A DNA stretch of 64,000 bases. Origin: an uncultured Candidatus Actinomarina sp. (GTDB lineage Bacteria > Actinomycetota > Acidimicrobiia > Actinomarinales > Actinomarinaceae). The position numbers and the translations under genes are program-made. The stretch is taken from the NCBI GenBank assembly GCA_902519845.1, contig CABYLQ010000005.1, positions 16,425-80,424 of the forward strand, given 5' to 3'. Positions 10,094-19,799 of the stretch are shown piece by piece (the stretch's first letter is position 1; each line of letters opens with the position of its first letter). The notes under the pieces are model-generated. The model saw only the letters and a program-made list of their open reading frames with translations, was not told the origin of the DNA and searched no databases.

Positions 10094-11665
10094 GTGAAAA
10101 CAAAAAATAGATTCATCTTTTCATTAATCATGATATTTATTCTTTTAATTTTTTTAAAAATAGACTTTAGACTCATTAGTGAAATCACATGCTGTGGTGA
10201 CGACTTCGACTATTACATTCATGCAAAAACAATTGCTATTGATGGGGACCTTGATTACAGCAATAATCTTCCAGATGACCCTTATTTTTATAAGTACGAG
10301 GGTAAATTAGCACCAAAAGGTTTTGTCGGTTCTGGAATATTATCTTCACCATTCTTACTAATTGGAAATGGTTTAGATAAATTATTTAATTCATCCCAAA
10401 TAATGAATTTTGAGATTTTAATATATTCGTTTTCATCCTTGTTTTATTTTGTATTGAGCATAATTATGTTTAACTCTTGTTTAAAGAAATTAAATATAAA
10501 TGAAAATAGTTTTTTTGTATTGATACTATTTTTTGGGTCAGGATTACCTTATTTTGTGCTTGAGAGATACAGCATGGCACACTCATATGAGGTTTTTATA
10601 AATACTTTTATTTTTTATTTAATAGTAAATTTGAATTTCGAAATTAAATTATGGAAGTCAAACACAATTTGTTTTTTAATACCATTTGTAATTATGTTGG
10701 GATTACTTGTTAAGTGGACAAACTACTACTTGCTTATTCTTCCATATTTTTATATTCTTTGTTTAAAAGAATTCGATAATTACAAATTTCCCATTTTAAG
10801 AAATATCTTCACATATATTTCTATTGTTTTTTCTTCATTATTTTATTATTTCGTAAACTCAAATATCTATAATCGTTTCTTTCTTGATCCAAGAATTGCT
10901 TATGGTGAAACCAAAAACGTGGTCCAGCTTTTAAATGTAAACGAAAATATTGTATTGCAATTAACGAAGTATATAAGAGATACCCTTAATATTTTTTTTG
11001 GTTTTGAATTTGGATTATTTTGGTTCTCACCAATAGTATTTTTAATTCTCCCAATAATAATTCTAAATATTATTGATAAAAAATTTAAAATTTTTGTTAT
11101 CTTATTAGGAATATTTATACAAACTTTTGGAGTAGTAATTATATGGCAATCAACAGCATCTTCATATGGATATAGGTATCTGTTATCTTTAATTCCTTTA
11201 TGTCTCGTCTACTTAGTTTCAATAAGTAAAAATAAAAAATATAAATATTTTAAATATTATTTATACCCATCGTCTATTTTTGCATCTTTGTCAATATTGT
11301 TTTTTGAGACAAATAAAGGAACCCAACTTTCTTTGATTGAGATTGAAAATTCTTTTGGAAAAATTACAAGATATACAAAACCAGATTATTTGATAGGATA
11401 TCTCAAATCATTCTCAAACTTTGAGAGTTATTTAGTAATTTTTGTTACAAGTTTTTTTGGTTTGATTATTTTTAAATTATTAATTTCAGTTTTTGGATAT
11501 GAAAACTTATTAAATGTCTTGGAGTCAAACAGCTTACCAGTAACAAATGAGGATTTTCTTAGGTTTTATACAAATACTTACCAATTAGAGTATTCAAAAA
11601 TTTTGATTACATTCTTATTTTTATCATTATGTTCTTTTTATATAGAAAAAAGTATTTCTGATTAA
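10094..11665 (+). CDS. polytopic membrane protein, GT-C-like (ArnT/PMT-like) glycosyltransferase candidate
   Basis: 523 aa, GTG start, more than 10 TM segments. Acidic first-loop motif CCGDDFDYYIHAKTIAIDGDLDY is analogous to the DxD/ExD loop of GT-C enzymes. Confidence 0.35.
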   Translation: MKTKNRFIFSLIMIFILLIFLKIDFRLISEITCCGDDFDYYIHAKTIAIDGDLDYSNNLPDDPYFYKYEGKLAPKGFVGSGILSSPFLLIGNGLDKLFNSSQIMNFEILIYSFSSLFYFVLSIIMFNSCLKKLNINENSFFVLILFFGSGLPYFVLERYSMAHSYEVFINTFIFYLIVNLNFEIKLWKSNTICFLIPFVIMLGLLVKWTNYYLLILPYFYILCLKEFDNYKFPILRNIFTYISIVFSSLFYYFVNSNIYNRFFLDPRIAYGETKNVVQLLNVNENIVLQLTKYIRDTLNIFFGFEFGLFWFSPIVFLILPIIILNIIDKKFKIFVILLGIFIQTFGVVIIWQSTASSYGYRYLLSLIPLCLVYLVSISKNKKYKYFKYYLYPSSIFASLSILFFETNKGTQLSLIEIENSFGKITRYTKPDYLIGYLKSFSNFESYLVIFVTSFFGLIIFKLLISVFGYENLLNVLESNSLPVTNEDFLRFYTNTYQLEYSKILITFLFLSLCSFYIEKSISD

Positions 11666-11666
11666 G

Positions 11667-12215
11667 CTATTTTTTTATTCCTTGAAGATTAAGGCTAACG
11701 TGAATCCCATTTTCTTTATCCATATGAGGGAAATAAGCTTGTGAATGATCATCATAATCCTTATTTTCTTTGAATACTTCTCTCCAATCCCACCTCTTTA
11801 TATCCTTAAAGCCTGCTTCTTCTAAAAAAGATGTGAGTAATTTTTCATCATATACAACCTTGTGATAGTGATAGTTATTTTTGGTAATTTCCCATTTACC
11901 AAACAATGGGCCTAGAATGTTTTTAATCTCGCCAGTCGAAGAATATACTTTAATCAATGCATCAAGATTTGGTACAGCTAATCTAATAATTCCTCCCCCT
12001 TTAAGGACTCTTTTCCATTCATTTAATACTTTCTTAGCATGATCGACATCAAAATATTCAAAAACATGGGAAGCGTATATTTCATCTACTGAATTGTCTT
12101 GAAAATTACTCAGATCATCAATCGATTGATTATGGTCTATATGATCAAACTCAGCAAGATCAACATGAACATAACCATTAAGATATCTTTTACCAGAGCC
12201 TAAATGTAATTTCAT
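11667..12215 (-). CDS. class I SAM-dependent methyltransferase (Methyltransf_11-like)
   Basis: MKLHLGSGKRYLNGYVHVD, VDEIYASHVFEYF and LKGGGIIRLAVPN. Shares a 4-nt overlap with the upstream aminotransferase. Confidence 0.7.
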   Translation of the reverse strand: MKLHLGSGKRYLNGYVHVDLAEFDHIDHNQSIDDLSNFQDNSVDEIYASHVFEYFDVDHAKKVLNEWKRVLKGGGIIRLAVPNLDALIKVYSSTGEIKNILGPLFGKWEITKNNYHYHKVVYDEKLLTSFLEEAGFKDIKRWDWREVFKENKDYDDHSQAYFPHMDKENGIHVSLNLQGIKK

Positions 12216-13342
12216 TCATTATCCTTAAAATTAGAGATATATTCAGATATAATTTTTACATCTTTTTTTGATAAATTGTTCGAGGATGGAAGCCAAAGCA
12301 GTTTACCAAACATTTTTTCAGAATAATCTAAATTAGTTTTGGAAACATTTTTTAAATATTTTTGTTTACTTAATGCAGGATAACAATTTCTTGTTTCAAT
12401 ATTTTTAGAATTTAAATAGTCAATAAGCTGTTCTTTTCTTTTTTTTGTAGAGACAACAATATCAAAAAACCATGGAACTTCAATTTCCTTAAATTTTAAA
12501 ACTTTTATATTCCCATTATTAATCAACTTTAAATATTCTTGTTCGATTTGTTTTTTATGTTTAACAAATTTATTTATTTTGTTAAATTGAGAAAGACCAA
12601 GTGATGATTGTAAATCAGTAAATTTAAAATTTAGTCCATATCCTTTGTGCCAATCAGATTTATCTTTTCTTCGATTGAAAAGCTTTAAATCATTAATTAA
12701 ATTTTTATATTTGTTGTTATCTAAAAGAATCATACCTCCTTGACCTGTTGTAATTATTTTATGTGGTGTAAATGATAAAACACTTATATCACCCAGAGCG
12801 CCACAAGCCTTATGCGAATAATTAGATCCAAGTGCATGAGCAGAGTCTTCTAATAAATTAATATTATTTTTTTTACACCAAGTTTCAATTTTTTTACCAT
12901 CTCCCCCTCTTCCATTAAGTGGTACAAATATTACTGTATGAAGATTTTTTTGATCAATCAATTTTTCATATGACATACATAAATCTTTATCAACATCTAC
13001 AAGTAGGGGCTTTGCTCCAGTCCATAAAATAGCGTTTATTGTAGCAATCATAGTTAAGTTTGGAACAGCAACTTTCTTTCCTGGACCAACACCTAATGCC
13101 AATAATGACAAATAAATAGCAATTGTTCCATTTGGAACAACAATTCCATATTTTCTATTTACATAAGAAGCAATTTGTTCTTCAAAATTTCTACTTACAT
13201 TATGTTCGGTTACCCAGCCACCAGACTTTAAATAAGACACTACACTTTCTATATCATCATTTGATATAAATGGTTCAACTTGATTAATTCTTTTTTGGTT
13301 CAATTCTTCTTCTATCTTTTTCTGGTCCAAAGTATGGACCAT
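12212..13342 (-). CDS. DegT/DnrJ/EryC1/StrS-family PLP-dependent sugar aminotransferase (perosamine-synthase-like)
   Basis: VPNGTIAIYLSLLALG, EDSAHALGS and SFTPHKIITTGQGGMI (PLP lysine) are family signatures. Lies downstream of gmd. Confidence 0.85.
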   Translation of the reverse strand: MVHTLDQKKIEEELNQKRINQVEPFISNDDIESVVSYLKSGGWVTEHNVSRNFEEQIASYVNRKYGIVVPNGTIAIYLSLLALGVGPGKKVAVPNLTMIATINAILWTGAKPLLVDVDKDLCMSYEKLIDQKNLHTVIFVPLNGRGGDGKKIETWCKKNNINLLEDSAHALGSNYSHKACGALGDISVLSFTPHKIITTGQGGMILLDNNKYKNLINDLKLFNRRKDKSDWHKGYGLNFKFTDLQSSLGLSQFNKINKFVKHKKQIEQEYLKLINNGNIKVLKFKEIEVPWFFDIVVSTKKRKEQLIDYLNSKNIETRNCYPALSKQKYLKNVSKTNLDYSEKMFGKLLWLPSSNNLSKKDVKIISEYISNFKDNE

Positions 13343-13709
13343 TTTTTACCTCTATTGCAATTGAATCTTCTAATATTTTATATTCATGTGCGCCATTAAA
13401 TTGAGTAACCATTTGATTTTCCCTTATCTCAAAAGAAGTCAAGAATTCTCCATTTTCTTTATGTAAATTACATAAAATTTTACCTTTAATTACAAGTACG
13501 GTTTCATTTGTCTTATATGAAGTTCTTGGAAATTCGAGATGATAATGAAGATCTAAAATTTTGTCTTTTTCATAGTTCCAAGAGCCTACTTGTATAAAAT
13601 TTTCATCATCAGTATAAAAAGATAATCCTTCTGGAACAAGAAGGGTATCAATTAGAGAAGCGTATAAGATTTCATCATATATAAAATCTTTTTTATAATC
13701 TTTAGACAT
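13284..13709 (-). CDS. small cupin-fold protein (WbuC/FdtA-like sugar-nucleotide isomerase candidate)
   Basis: 141 aa. LHYHLEFPRTSYKTNETVLVIKGKILCNLHKENGE looks like a cupin His motif plus beta-strands. Embedded between an SDR and an aminotransferase. Overlaps the aminotransferase ORF by 59 nt. Confidence 0.4.
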   Translation of the reverse strand: MSKDYKKDFIYDEILYASLIDTLLVPEGLSFYTDDENFIQVGSWNYEKDKILDLHYHLEFPRTSYKTNETVLVIKGKILCNLHKENGEFLTSFEIRENQMVTQFNGAHEYKILEDSIAIEVKNGPYFGPEKDRRRIEPKKN

Positions 13710-14646
13710 TATTTATCTCCATGTACCATTCTACTGTTTTTTTAATCCCTTCATCTAATTCCGTACTTGGGCTCCAATTAATTAAATTTTTTGAAAATTT
13801 ATCAATTACTGTTTTCTCACTTACACCATTAGGTTTTGATTTATCAAAAACAAAATTTCCATTCCAACTTAAATGCTTTGCAATAAGTATTGCTAGATCA
13901 ATTATTGTTATCCCTTTGTTAACACCTATATTAAAAAAGTAGTCCTTTTCATCTAAATTCAAGCATCTTAATAATGCGTCGGCTCCATCTTCAACGTACA
14001 ACCATTCTCTAATTGGTGATCCATCACCCCAAATAATAACTTCTTCTTTGTTGTTTTTCTTAGCGTCAGCAATTTTTGAAACTAAAGCTCCTAATGCGTG
14101 AGATCTAACTTCTTCAAAGTGATCGTATGGGCCAAACATATTTGACATTACAACATTTGCAGAAGCTAATTCATATTGATCAAAATATGCCTTGCCTAAT
14201 GCAACAAATGCTCTTTTTGCAATTCCATAATTAAAAACTGAATCATGAGGTGGTCCTTCCCAGAATAATTCTTCTTCATATCTAGTTAAATTACCTGGAT
14301 AAGCACAGTTTGAGATTGGATTAATTAATAATTTTACCTTTTCTTGTGCAGACACTTCAAACAGAACATGGGCCATATTTAAGTTTTTGGATAGTAAATC
14401 GGCCGGGTTTGAATATCCAAAACCTATTCCACCCACATATGCTGCAGAGTTAATAATATGAGATATATTATTTGAACTTATAAATTTTTTAAATTCATTT
14501 TTATCTGTTATGTCTAAATCTGATTTTCCACTTATCTCAAATAAATTAAAATTTTTATCATAATTTTTTTTATAAAATAAATTTACTAAATTCTTACCAA
14601 GGAAACCATGTGATCCTATTAACAAAAGATTATTTTTTTTTGACAT
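13702..14646 (-). CDS. GDP-L-fucose synthase-like NAD(P)-dependent epimerase/reductase (divergent Fcl paralog)
   Basis: LLIGSHGFLGKNL Rossmann motif, YGIAKRA (YxxxK), and NVVMSNMFGPYDHF...SHALGALVSKI...IWGDGSPIREWLYVEDGADAL, which parallels Fcl. Lies immediately downstream of gmd. Confidence 0.7.
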   Translation of the reverse strand: MSKKNNLLLIGSHGFLGKNLVNLFYKKNYDKNFNLFEISGKSDLDITDKNEFKKFISSNNISHIINSAAYVGGIGFGYSNPADLLSKNLNMAHVLFEVSAQEKVKLLINPISNCAYPGNLTRYEEELFWEGPPHDSVFNYGIAKRAFVALGKAYFDQYELASANVVMSNMFGPYDHFEEVRSHALGALVSKIADAKKNNKEEVIIWGDGSPIREWLYVEDGADALLRCLNLDEKDYFFNIGVNKGITIIDLAILIAKHLSWNGNFVFDKSKPNGVSEKTVIDKFSKNLINWSPSTELDEGIKKTVEWYMEINNV

Positions 14647-14649
14647 TAA

Positions 14650-15690
14650 CTATATATTTGGATTTTCCCAAGTAGGTTTTATTAGACCATCTTTTAGTAA
14701 TGTAAGTTCTTTTTCAGCCTCAAGAAGGTCATGATCAACCATGTCTTCAACCAATTCGTCAAAGGATTTTTCGGGTTTCCATTTTAAAAGTTTTTTTGCC
14801 TTTTCAGGATCTCCTAATAAATAATTTACCTCGTTTGGCCTAAAATAATCCTCTGAAGATTGAACATAATCATTCCAATCTAAATCAACATAAGTAAAAG
14901 CTTTTTCTAAAAATTCCTTTACAGTATGAGTTTCTCCTGTTGCAATAACCCAGTCTTCTGGAGTTTTATACTGCATCATTTTCCACATTGCATGAGTATA
15001 ATCTCCAGCAAAACCCCAATCTCTTGATGCTTCAAGATTTCCTAAGGTAAGTTTGTTTTGGATTCCATATTTAATTCTTCCAACCGCTTTTGTTATTTTT
15101 CTTGTTACAAAAGTCTCTCCTCTTCTAGAAGACTCGTGGTTAAACAATAAACCATTTACGGCAAAAATATCATATGATTCTCTATAGACTTTTGTGATTT
15201 CATGTGCAAAAAGCTTTGACACCGCATATGGACTTTTTGGATCAAATTTTGACTGTTCATTTAAACTTTTTTCGATTGCACCTCCATACATTTCTGATGA
15301 TGAGGCTTGATAAAATTTAATTTCTTTATCATTATTTCTAATAGCTTCAAGTAGTGAAATAGAACCCAATGTACCAATTTGGGATGTAAATATCGGGTTT
15401 TCAAATGAAACAGCAACATGTGATTGTGCTGCTAAATTATATACTTCATCGGGTTGAATTTTATTTACAAGATTTGAAACAGACCCCGGATCTAATAGGT
15501 CAGAGTAATGCAAAATGAGTTTTTTATCATTATCGTATTCAGATATTAGATGATCAATCCTTGAGGTATTTATTACTGAAGATCTTCTAACAGTTCCGTG
15601 AACAGTATATCCTTTTGCTAATAGTTGCTCAGCTAGATAGGATCCATCCTGACCAGTAATTCCTGTTATTAATGCAATCATCTTATACAA
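14650..15690 (-). CDS. gmd: GDP-mannose 4,6-dehydratase
   Basis: ALITGITGQDGSYLAEQLLAKGYTVHGTVRRSS..NTSRIDHL, SSSEMYG and YAVSKLFAH match Gmd almost residue for residue. Confidence 0.95.
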   Translation of the reverse strand: MYKMIALITGITGQDGSYLAEQLLAKGYTVHGTVRRSSVINTSRIDHLISEYDNDKKLILHYSDLLDPGSVSNLVNKIQPDEVYNLAAQSHVAVSFENPIFTSQIGTLGSISLLEAIRNNDKEIKFYQASSSEMYGGAIEKSLNEQSKFDPKSPYAVSKLFAHEITKVYRESYDIFAVNGLLFNHESSRRGETFVTRKITKAVGRIKYGIQNKLTLGNLEASRDWGFAGDYTHAMWKMMQYKTPEDWVIATGETHTVKEFLEKAFTYVDLDWNDYVQSSEDYFRPNEVNYLLGDPEKAKKLLKWKPEKSFDELVEDMVDHDLLEAEKELTLLKDGLIKPTWENPNI

Positions 15691-15743
15691 TATTAATGAT
15701 ATTTCTAGATTTAGATATTTTTAATTAATAAAATATTCATATT

Positions 15744-16667
15744 GTGAATAAATTTAAAAAATATTTACCCTTTATACACTTCAAATTAAATAAATATATT
15801 CCATTCCAGAACTATTCAATCAATTATTTTAAGGGTGGATATGAATCTTTTGGGAACAACATTCAACAAATTGCGATTGGAATTATATATTGCAATTTAA
15901 ATGGATATAACTTTTATTTAAAAAAACATCCATATATAAAAGATATAAAAATTGTTAACAATAATTTTTCAAATATCTTTTCATTTTTTAAAAAAAAATA
16001 TAGATTTTTCTACTTTGATAAAGAAGTTACAGATTTTTTAAACAGAAATGATTACTTTAATAAAAATGAAAATGATTTTCCAATATCTGAATTTGAAAAA
16101 GAAATATACATCAATAGTATTCACCAGACTGTAAAAAATTTCATTAAGCCAAATTTAAATTTTAAAACTGAAATATCTATTCCTAAAAAAACACTAGTTA
16201 TTCATATACGAAGTGGTGATGTTTTTGAAAAAGATTGGCACAGCATGTATGTACAAAATCCATTAAGTTATTTCGAGAAGCTAATTGATCAATTTGAAAA
16301 AATTATAGTAGTTTCATCAGATGACAACAATCCTGTAATTAATGAACTTAAAAAAAATAAAAAAGTTATTTTTAAATCATCGAATTTTATTAATGATTTA
16401 AATATATTGTTAAATGCAGAGCATCTTGCCTCGTCCGGAGTAGGTACTTTTGTAATTTCAGCTGTTTTTCTCTCAAGTAAAATTAAAGAGTTTTATTGCT
16501 CTCAGTACTATTTAACTGAACATCTTAATCCTGAAATGATAAATGAAATAAAAGTCAAAAAACTTGAAATTGATGACTACATTGACATCGGTAAATTTAA
16601 AAAAAATGATGAAAATTTAAAAAAGATTCTTTCAAAAAATATTAATGTAAACTTTACTGATAAATGA
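15744..16667 (+). CDS. putative fucosyltransferase-like glycosyltransferase (GT11-like motifs)
   Basis: GTG start. GGYESFGNNIQQIA resembles the GT11 GGLGNQ(M/L)FQYA motif and LVIHIRSGDVF resembles HxRRGDY. Divergent from gmd. Confidence 0.4.
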   Translation: MNKFKKYLPFIHFKLNKYIPFQNYSINYFKGGYESFGNNIQQIAIGIIYCNLNGYNFYLKKHPYIKDIKIVNNNFSNIFSFFKKKYRFFYFDKEVTDFLNRNDYFNKNENDFPISEFEKEIYINSIHQTVKNFIKPNLNFKTEISIPKKTLVIHIRSGDVFEKDWHSMYVQNPLSYFEKLIDQFEKIIVVSSDDNNPVINELKKNKKVIFKSSNFINDLNILLNAEHLASSGVGTFVISAVFLSSKIKEFYCSQYYLTEHLNPEMINEIKVKKLEIDDYIDIGKFKKNDENLKKILSKNINVNFTDK

Positions 16668-17776
16668 ATTATACAGAAAAAAAGATTCTTTACTTATTTG
16701 GAGAAGGACGTATTAAAAGATTGAATTCTAAAAATAATAGTTCTGACGAATTTTTTTATGGGTTTAATACAGTTAAAAAACAATTTCAAAATACAGAAAT
16801 AATTGAAATGAATCCAAATTACCACAAACCAGTTATGAATTTAATCGATAAAGTTTTACGAAAAATTAGTAATTTTCCTTTTTATTTATCTCAAATCATT
16901 ACATTTAAAAATCAAAAGAGAGTTTTTAATTCAGATGTCATTTTGGCAGCAAATGATCGTGTTGGGGTTTCAGCAGTCCTTTTGGTTTTGATTTCAAAAT
17001 TATTTAGAAAAAAAAAGTTTCTAGTTGTAGTAATGGGAATGCTTTCTAAATACGACAAGAGAACAAGAAACATTCTTGATAGGCTTTTTATTTCAATATT
17101 TTTAAAATCGGTAGACCATTTTTTCTTTTTAGGAAAACCTGAAGCAAAAAAAGCTGAAGAAATTTTTCCTCTTTATAAAGAAAAATTTCATTTCTTGCCT
17201 TTTTGTATTAATGAAAAGTTTTGGGAGTCGGAAGAAAATCTGAAAATGAAGGATAAAAAATATATTGCTTTTGTTGGGAATGATGGAAATAGAGATTTTA
17301 ATTTAGCAATAGACATTGCAAAATCTTTACCTGAACAAAAATTTATTTTTGTAACACAAGAAATAAATAGCAATGAAACCCCTGCAAATGTGACAATCAT
17401 AAATGGTTCTTGGAACGATGAGACTATTTCTGATGCTGAGATTAGAAAAATATATGAAAAGTCAAGGCTTACTATAGTTCCTTTAAAAAATTCTATTCAA
17501 CCATCTGGTCAAAGTGTAACTTTGCAGTCACTATCAGTTGGCACTCCTGTTATCATCACAAAAACTGATGGTTTTTGGGATGAAAGTAAATATATCGATA
17601 ATGAAAATATTATTTTTCTTTATGACAATTCTCTAGAAAACTGGACTAAGAAAATAAAAAGTATATATAATAACGAAAAATTACTCAACAATATTTCGAT
17701 TAAAGGTTCTAGGCTTGTAAAAAAAGAATACAAACAAGAAAACTTTGATAAAAATTTAATAAGTTTTTTAAATTAA
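16664..17776 (+). CDS. GT-B fold glycosyltransferase (GT4-like)
   Basis: C-terminal region PSGQSVTLQSLSVGTPVIITKTDGFWDE resembles the nucleotide-sugar binding region of GT4 enzymes. Shares a 4-nt overlap with the upstream gene. Confidence 0.5.
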   Translation: MNYTEKKILYLFGEGRIKRLNSKNNSSDEFFYGFNTVKKQFQNTEIIEMNPNYHKPVMNLIDKVLRKISNFPFYLSQIITFKNQKRVFNSDVILAANDRVGVSAVLLVLISKLFRKKKFLVVVMGMLSKYDKRTRNILDRLFISIFLKSVDHFFFLGKPEAKKAEEIFPLYKEKFHFLPFCINEKFWESEENLKMKDKKYIAFVGNDGNRDFNLAIDIAKSLPEQKFIFVTQEINSNETPANVTIINGSWNDETISDAEIRKIYEKSRLTIVPLKNSIQPSGQSVTLQSLSVGTPVIITKTDGFWDESKYIDNENIIFLYDNSLENWTKKIKSIYNNEKLLNNISIKGSRLVKKEYKQENFDKNLISFLN

Positions 17777-18753
17777 ATTTCGTCAAAAAAATTTTTCGAT
17801 AATTTATTTAATCGTCTTCTTGAAGAAACTAGCAATAAAGAAAATAGTAGGAAAAAAATAATTATTAAAATAAACCAATTAGCCTGGGGACCTGGAGATT
17901 CAAAATATCTAATCTGGAAAAATCTCAATATTGAATAAAAAAATGAAAAAAGAAATAATTGAGAAATCAAGTCTTGTAAGCCTGATACCTGAAGTGGAGA
18001 GTATTGAAGCTTTACCTTTATTTTTGAATAAAAATTATTAATAATAAAATAAGAAAGTTTAAATAACATAATGAAGGGATTTAAGTTGCTCTTTTCATCA
18101 CCATATGAAATAGTGTTCTTTATTTGCCCAATTTTTATATTGTGTGTAAATCCAAGATAAGATACAAAATTAGATAGATAAAAAGGATATCCATATTTAT
18201 AGAAAAGCTTTGGAAGCTTAAATTCAGTAATTGCATCTCTTTTAAGTCCGTAGAGTCCATTTAATGGATCATTAAGATTTGATATTCCTGTTGAGAACTT
18301 TATAAAAAAAGATGCAATAGAATTTCCTAAGTATCTTATGTTTGGCATTTTACCTATGATCCCACCTGACCAAAATCTATCACATCTCACAAAAGAGTAT
18401 TTATTTTGCTCAAGAATCGATTTTATATTTAAAATATCTTTTTCTTGAAATTGATCATCACCATCAACTTTTATCAAATATAAGGAATCTGTTTCTAAAA
18501 ATCTCTCGACTCCCAATTCAAATGATCTTCCAGCTCCATAATTTTTCAAATTATTTATTACTGTTAGGTTTGTATATTTTTTTTGAAGAGAAGATAAAAT
18601 TTCTTCCGTTCTATCTTTACTTTTATCATTAACAACAATTATTTCATTAAAAACAGCCTCAAACTTTAAAATCAGGCCTTCAATTTTTTGATCCTCATTA
18701 TATGCAAGAATTAATAATGATGTTTTCATATATTTATAGAATAGAAAATTCAT
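17773..18753 (-). CDS. GT2 polyprenol-phosphate glycosyltransferase with C-terminal TM helices (GtrB/CsbB-like)
   Basis: SLLILAYNEDQKI, IIVVNDKSKDRT, KVDGDDQF, plus two C-terminal hydrophobic helices. Confidence 0.7.
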   Translation of the reverse strand: MNFLFYKYMKTSLLILAYNEDQKIEGLILKFEAVFNEIIVVNDKSKDRTEEILSSLQKKYTNLTVINNLKNYGAGRSFELGVERFLETDSLYLIKVDGDDQFQEKDILNIKSILEQNKYSFVRCDRFWSGGIIGKMPNIRYLGNSIASFFIKFSTGISNLNDPLNGLYGLKRDAITEFKLPKLFYKYGYPFYLSNFVSYLGFTHNIKIGQIKNTISYGDEKSNLNPFIMLFKLSYFIINNFYSKIKVKLQYSPLQVSGLQDLISQLFLFSFFYSILRFFQIRYFESPGPQANWFILIIIFFLLFSLLLVSSRRRLNKLSKNFFDEI

Positions 18754-18770
18754 TCATAATATGAAAGAAC

Positions 18771-19781
18771 TTATTTAAGTAATTTTAATTTTTTAATATA
18801 AAATATAACAATTTTTGAATATCGATTTATTTTTTTATAAAAATTAAATTTTTTTATCTTTGGAATGTTTGTATGTACTATTTCTTTGTTACCCTCTTTT
18901 TGTAAATTTAAAGTTGGAATTTTTTCTTTCCAAAATGAAAACTTTAAAATTTCATAATTAAACTCTGTATTCTTATATTCATTAAAAAAATTATCTAATA
19001 ATTCTTCATTAACCTCGCTGTAATCATTAACAAATAAAACAGGTAAATCTTTTGCAAATTCGTAAACTGTATTATTTTTTGTAATTGGAATTGAGCCTGA
19101 ATATAAAATCTCCCAAAATCTATGTGTGTCGATGCCATTACCCCATGGAGCTAAAACAAATCTCGAATTCTTAATCTTTGACTTATAGTCGTTTAAGTTT
19201 TGTACGGGTTCTTCAAAACTAAGCCATTTCTGATTTTCAAAAATATCATACAACCTATCTCTTTCCTTATTATTTGTATTTTTTTGAAAATTTACATACA
19301 AATTGATATCTTTGTTTCTAAAATAAGCATTTTTTTCGAATATGTTAAAATCATCCTCATTTAAGTTCTTATTGTTGAAATTAGCAATCCCAAGAGGTAT
19401 AGAAATTAATTTTTCATTTTTATGTATTACATTTGTTGATAACCATTTATCGATACATTGTGGTTTAATATCAAATAGTTTTTTGTCAATTAAATCATCT
19501 CCTTGATGTGAAACTAGGGTGATGTTTTGAAGAGTTTTATATTTATTTAATATTGTAAATAAATCTTTAACCATAAAGGTTGGACAAAAAATTGATATAT
19601 CATTTTTTAATTTTAATTTTTTTAACTGATATAAAATATTTTCTTCATTTTTGTCAAAAATAGCAAAATTGTTAATATCTTTAATTTTTGTAAATTCATC
19701 AATATTGATTACTTCACTAAAGACAATATCGCAACTTTCTTTAAATTTTTTGCTAGTGATAATTGAATTTTTATCGAACAT
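18771..19781 (-). CDS. exostosin-like (GT47-like) glycosyltransferase candidate
   Basis: SRFVLAPWGNGIDTHRFWEILYSGSIPI resembles the GT47 C-terminal motif (FCL.P.G....RL.EA...GCIP). Confidence 0.45.
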   Translation of the reverse strand: MFDKNSIITSKKFKESCDIVFSEVINIDEFTKIKDINNFAIFDKNEENILYQLKKLKLKNDISIFCPTFMVKDLFTILNKYKTLQNITLVSHQGDDLIDKKLFDIKPQCIDKWLSTNVIHKNEKLISIPLGIANFNNKNLNEDDFNIFEKNAYFRNKDINLYVNFQKNTNNKERDRLYDIFENQKWLSFEEPVQNLNDYKSKIKNSRFVLAPWGNGIDTHRFWEILYSGSIPITKNNTVYEFAKDLPVLFVNDYSEVNEELLDNFFNEYKNTEFNYEILKFSFWKEKIPTLNLQKEGNKEIVHTNIPKIKKFNFYKKINRYSKIVIFYIKKLKLLK

Positions 19782-19799
19782 TTTTAATTTTATATTTTT

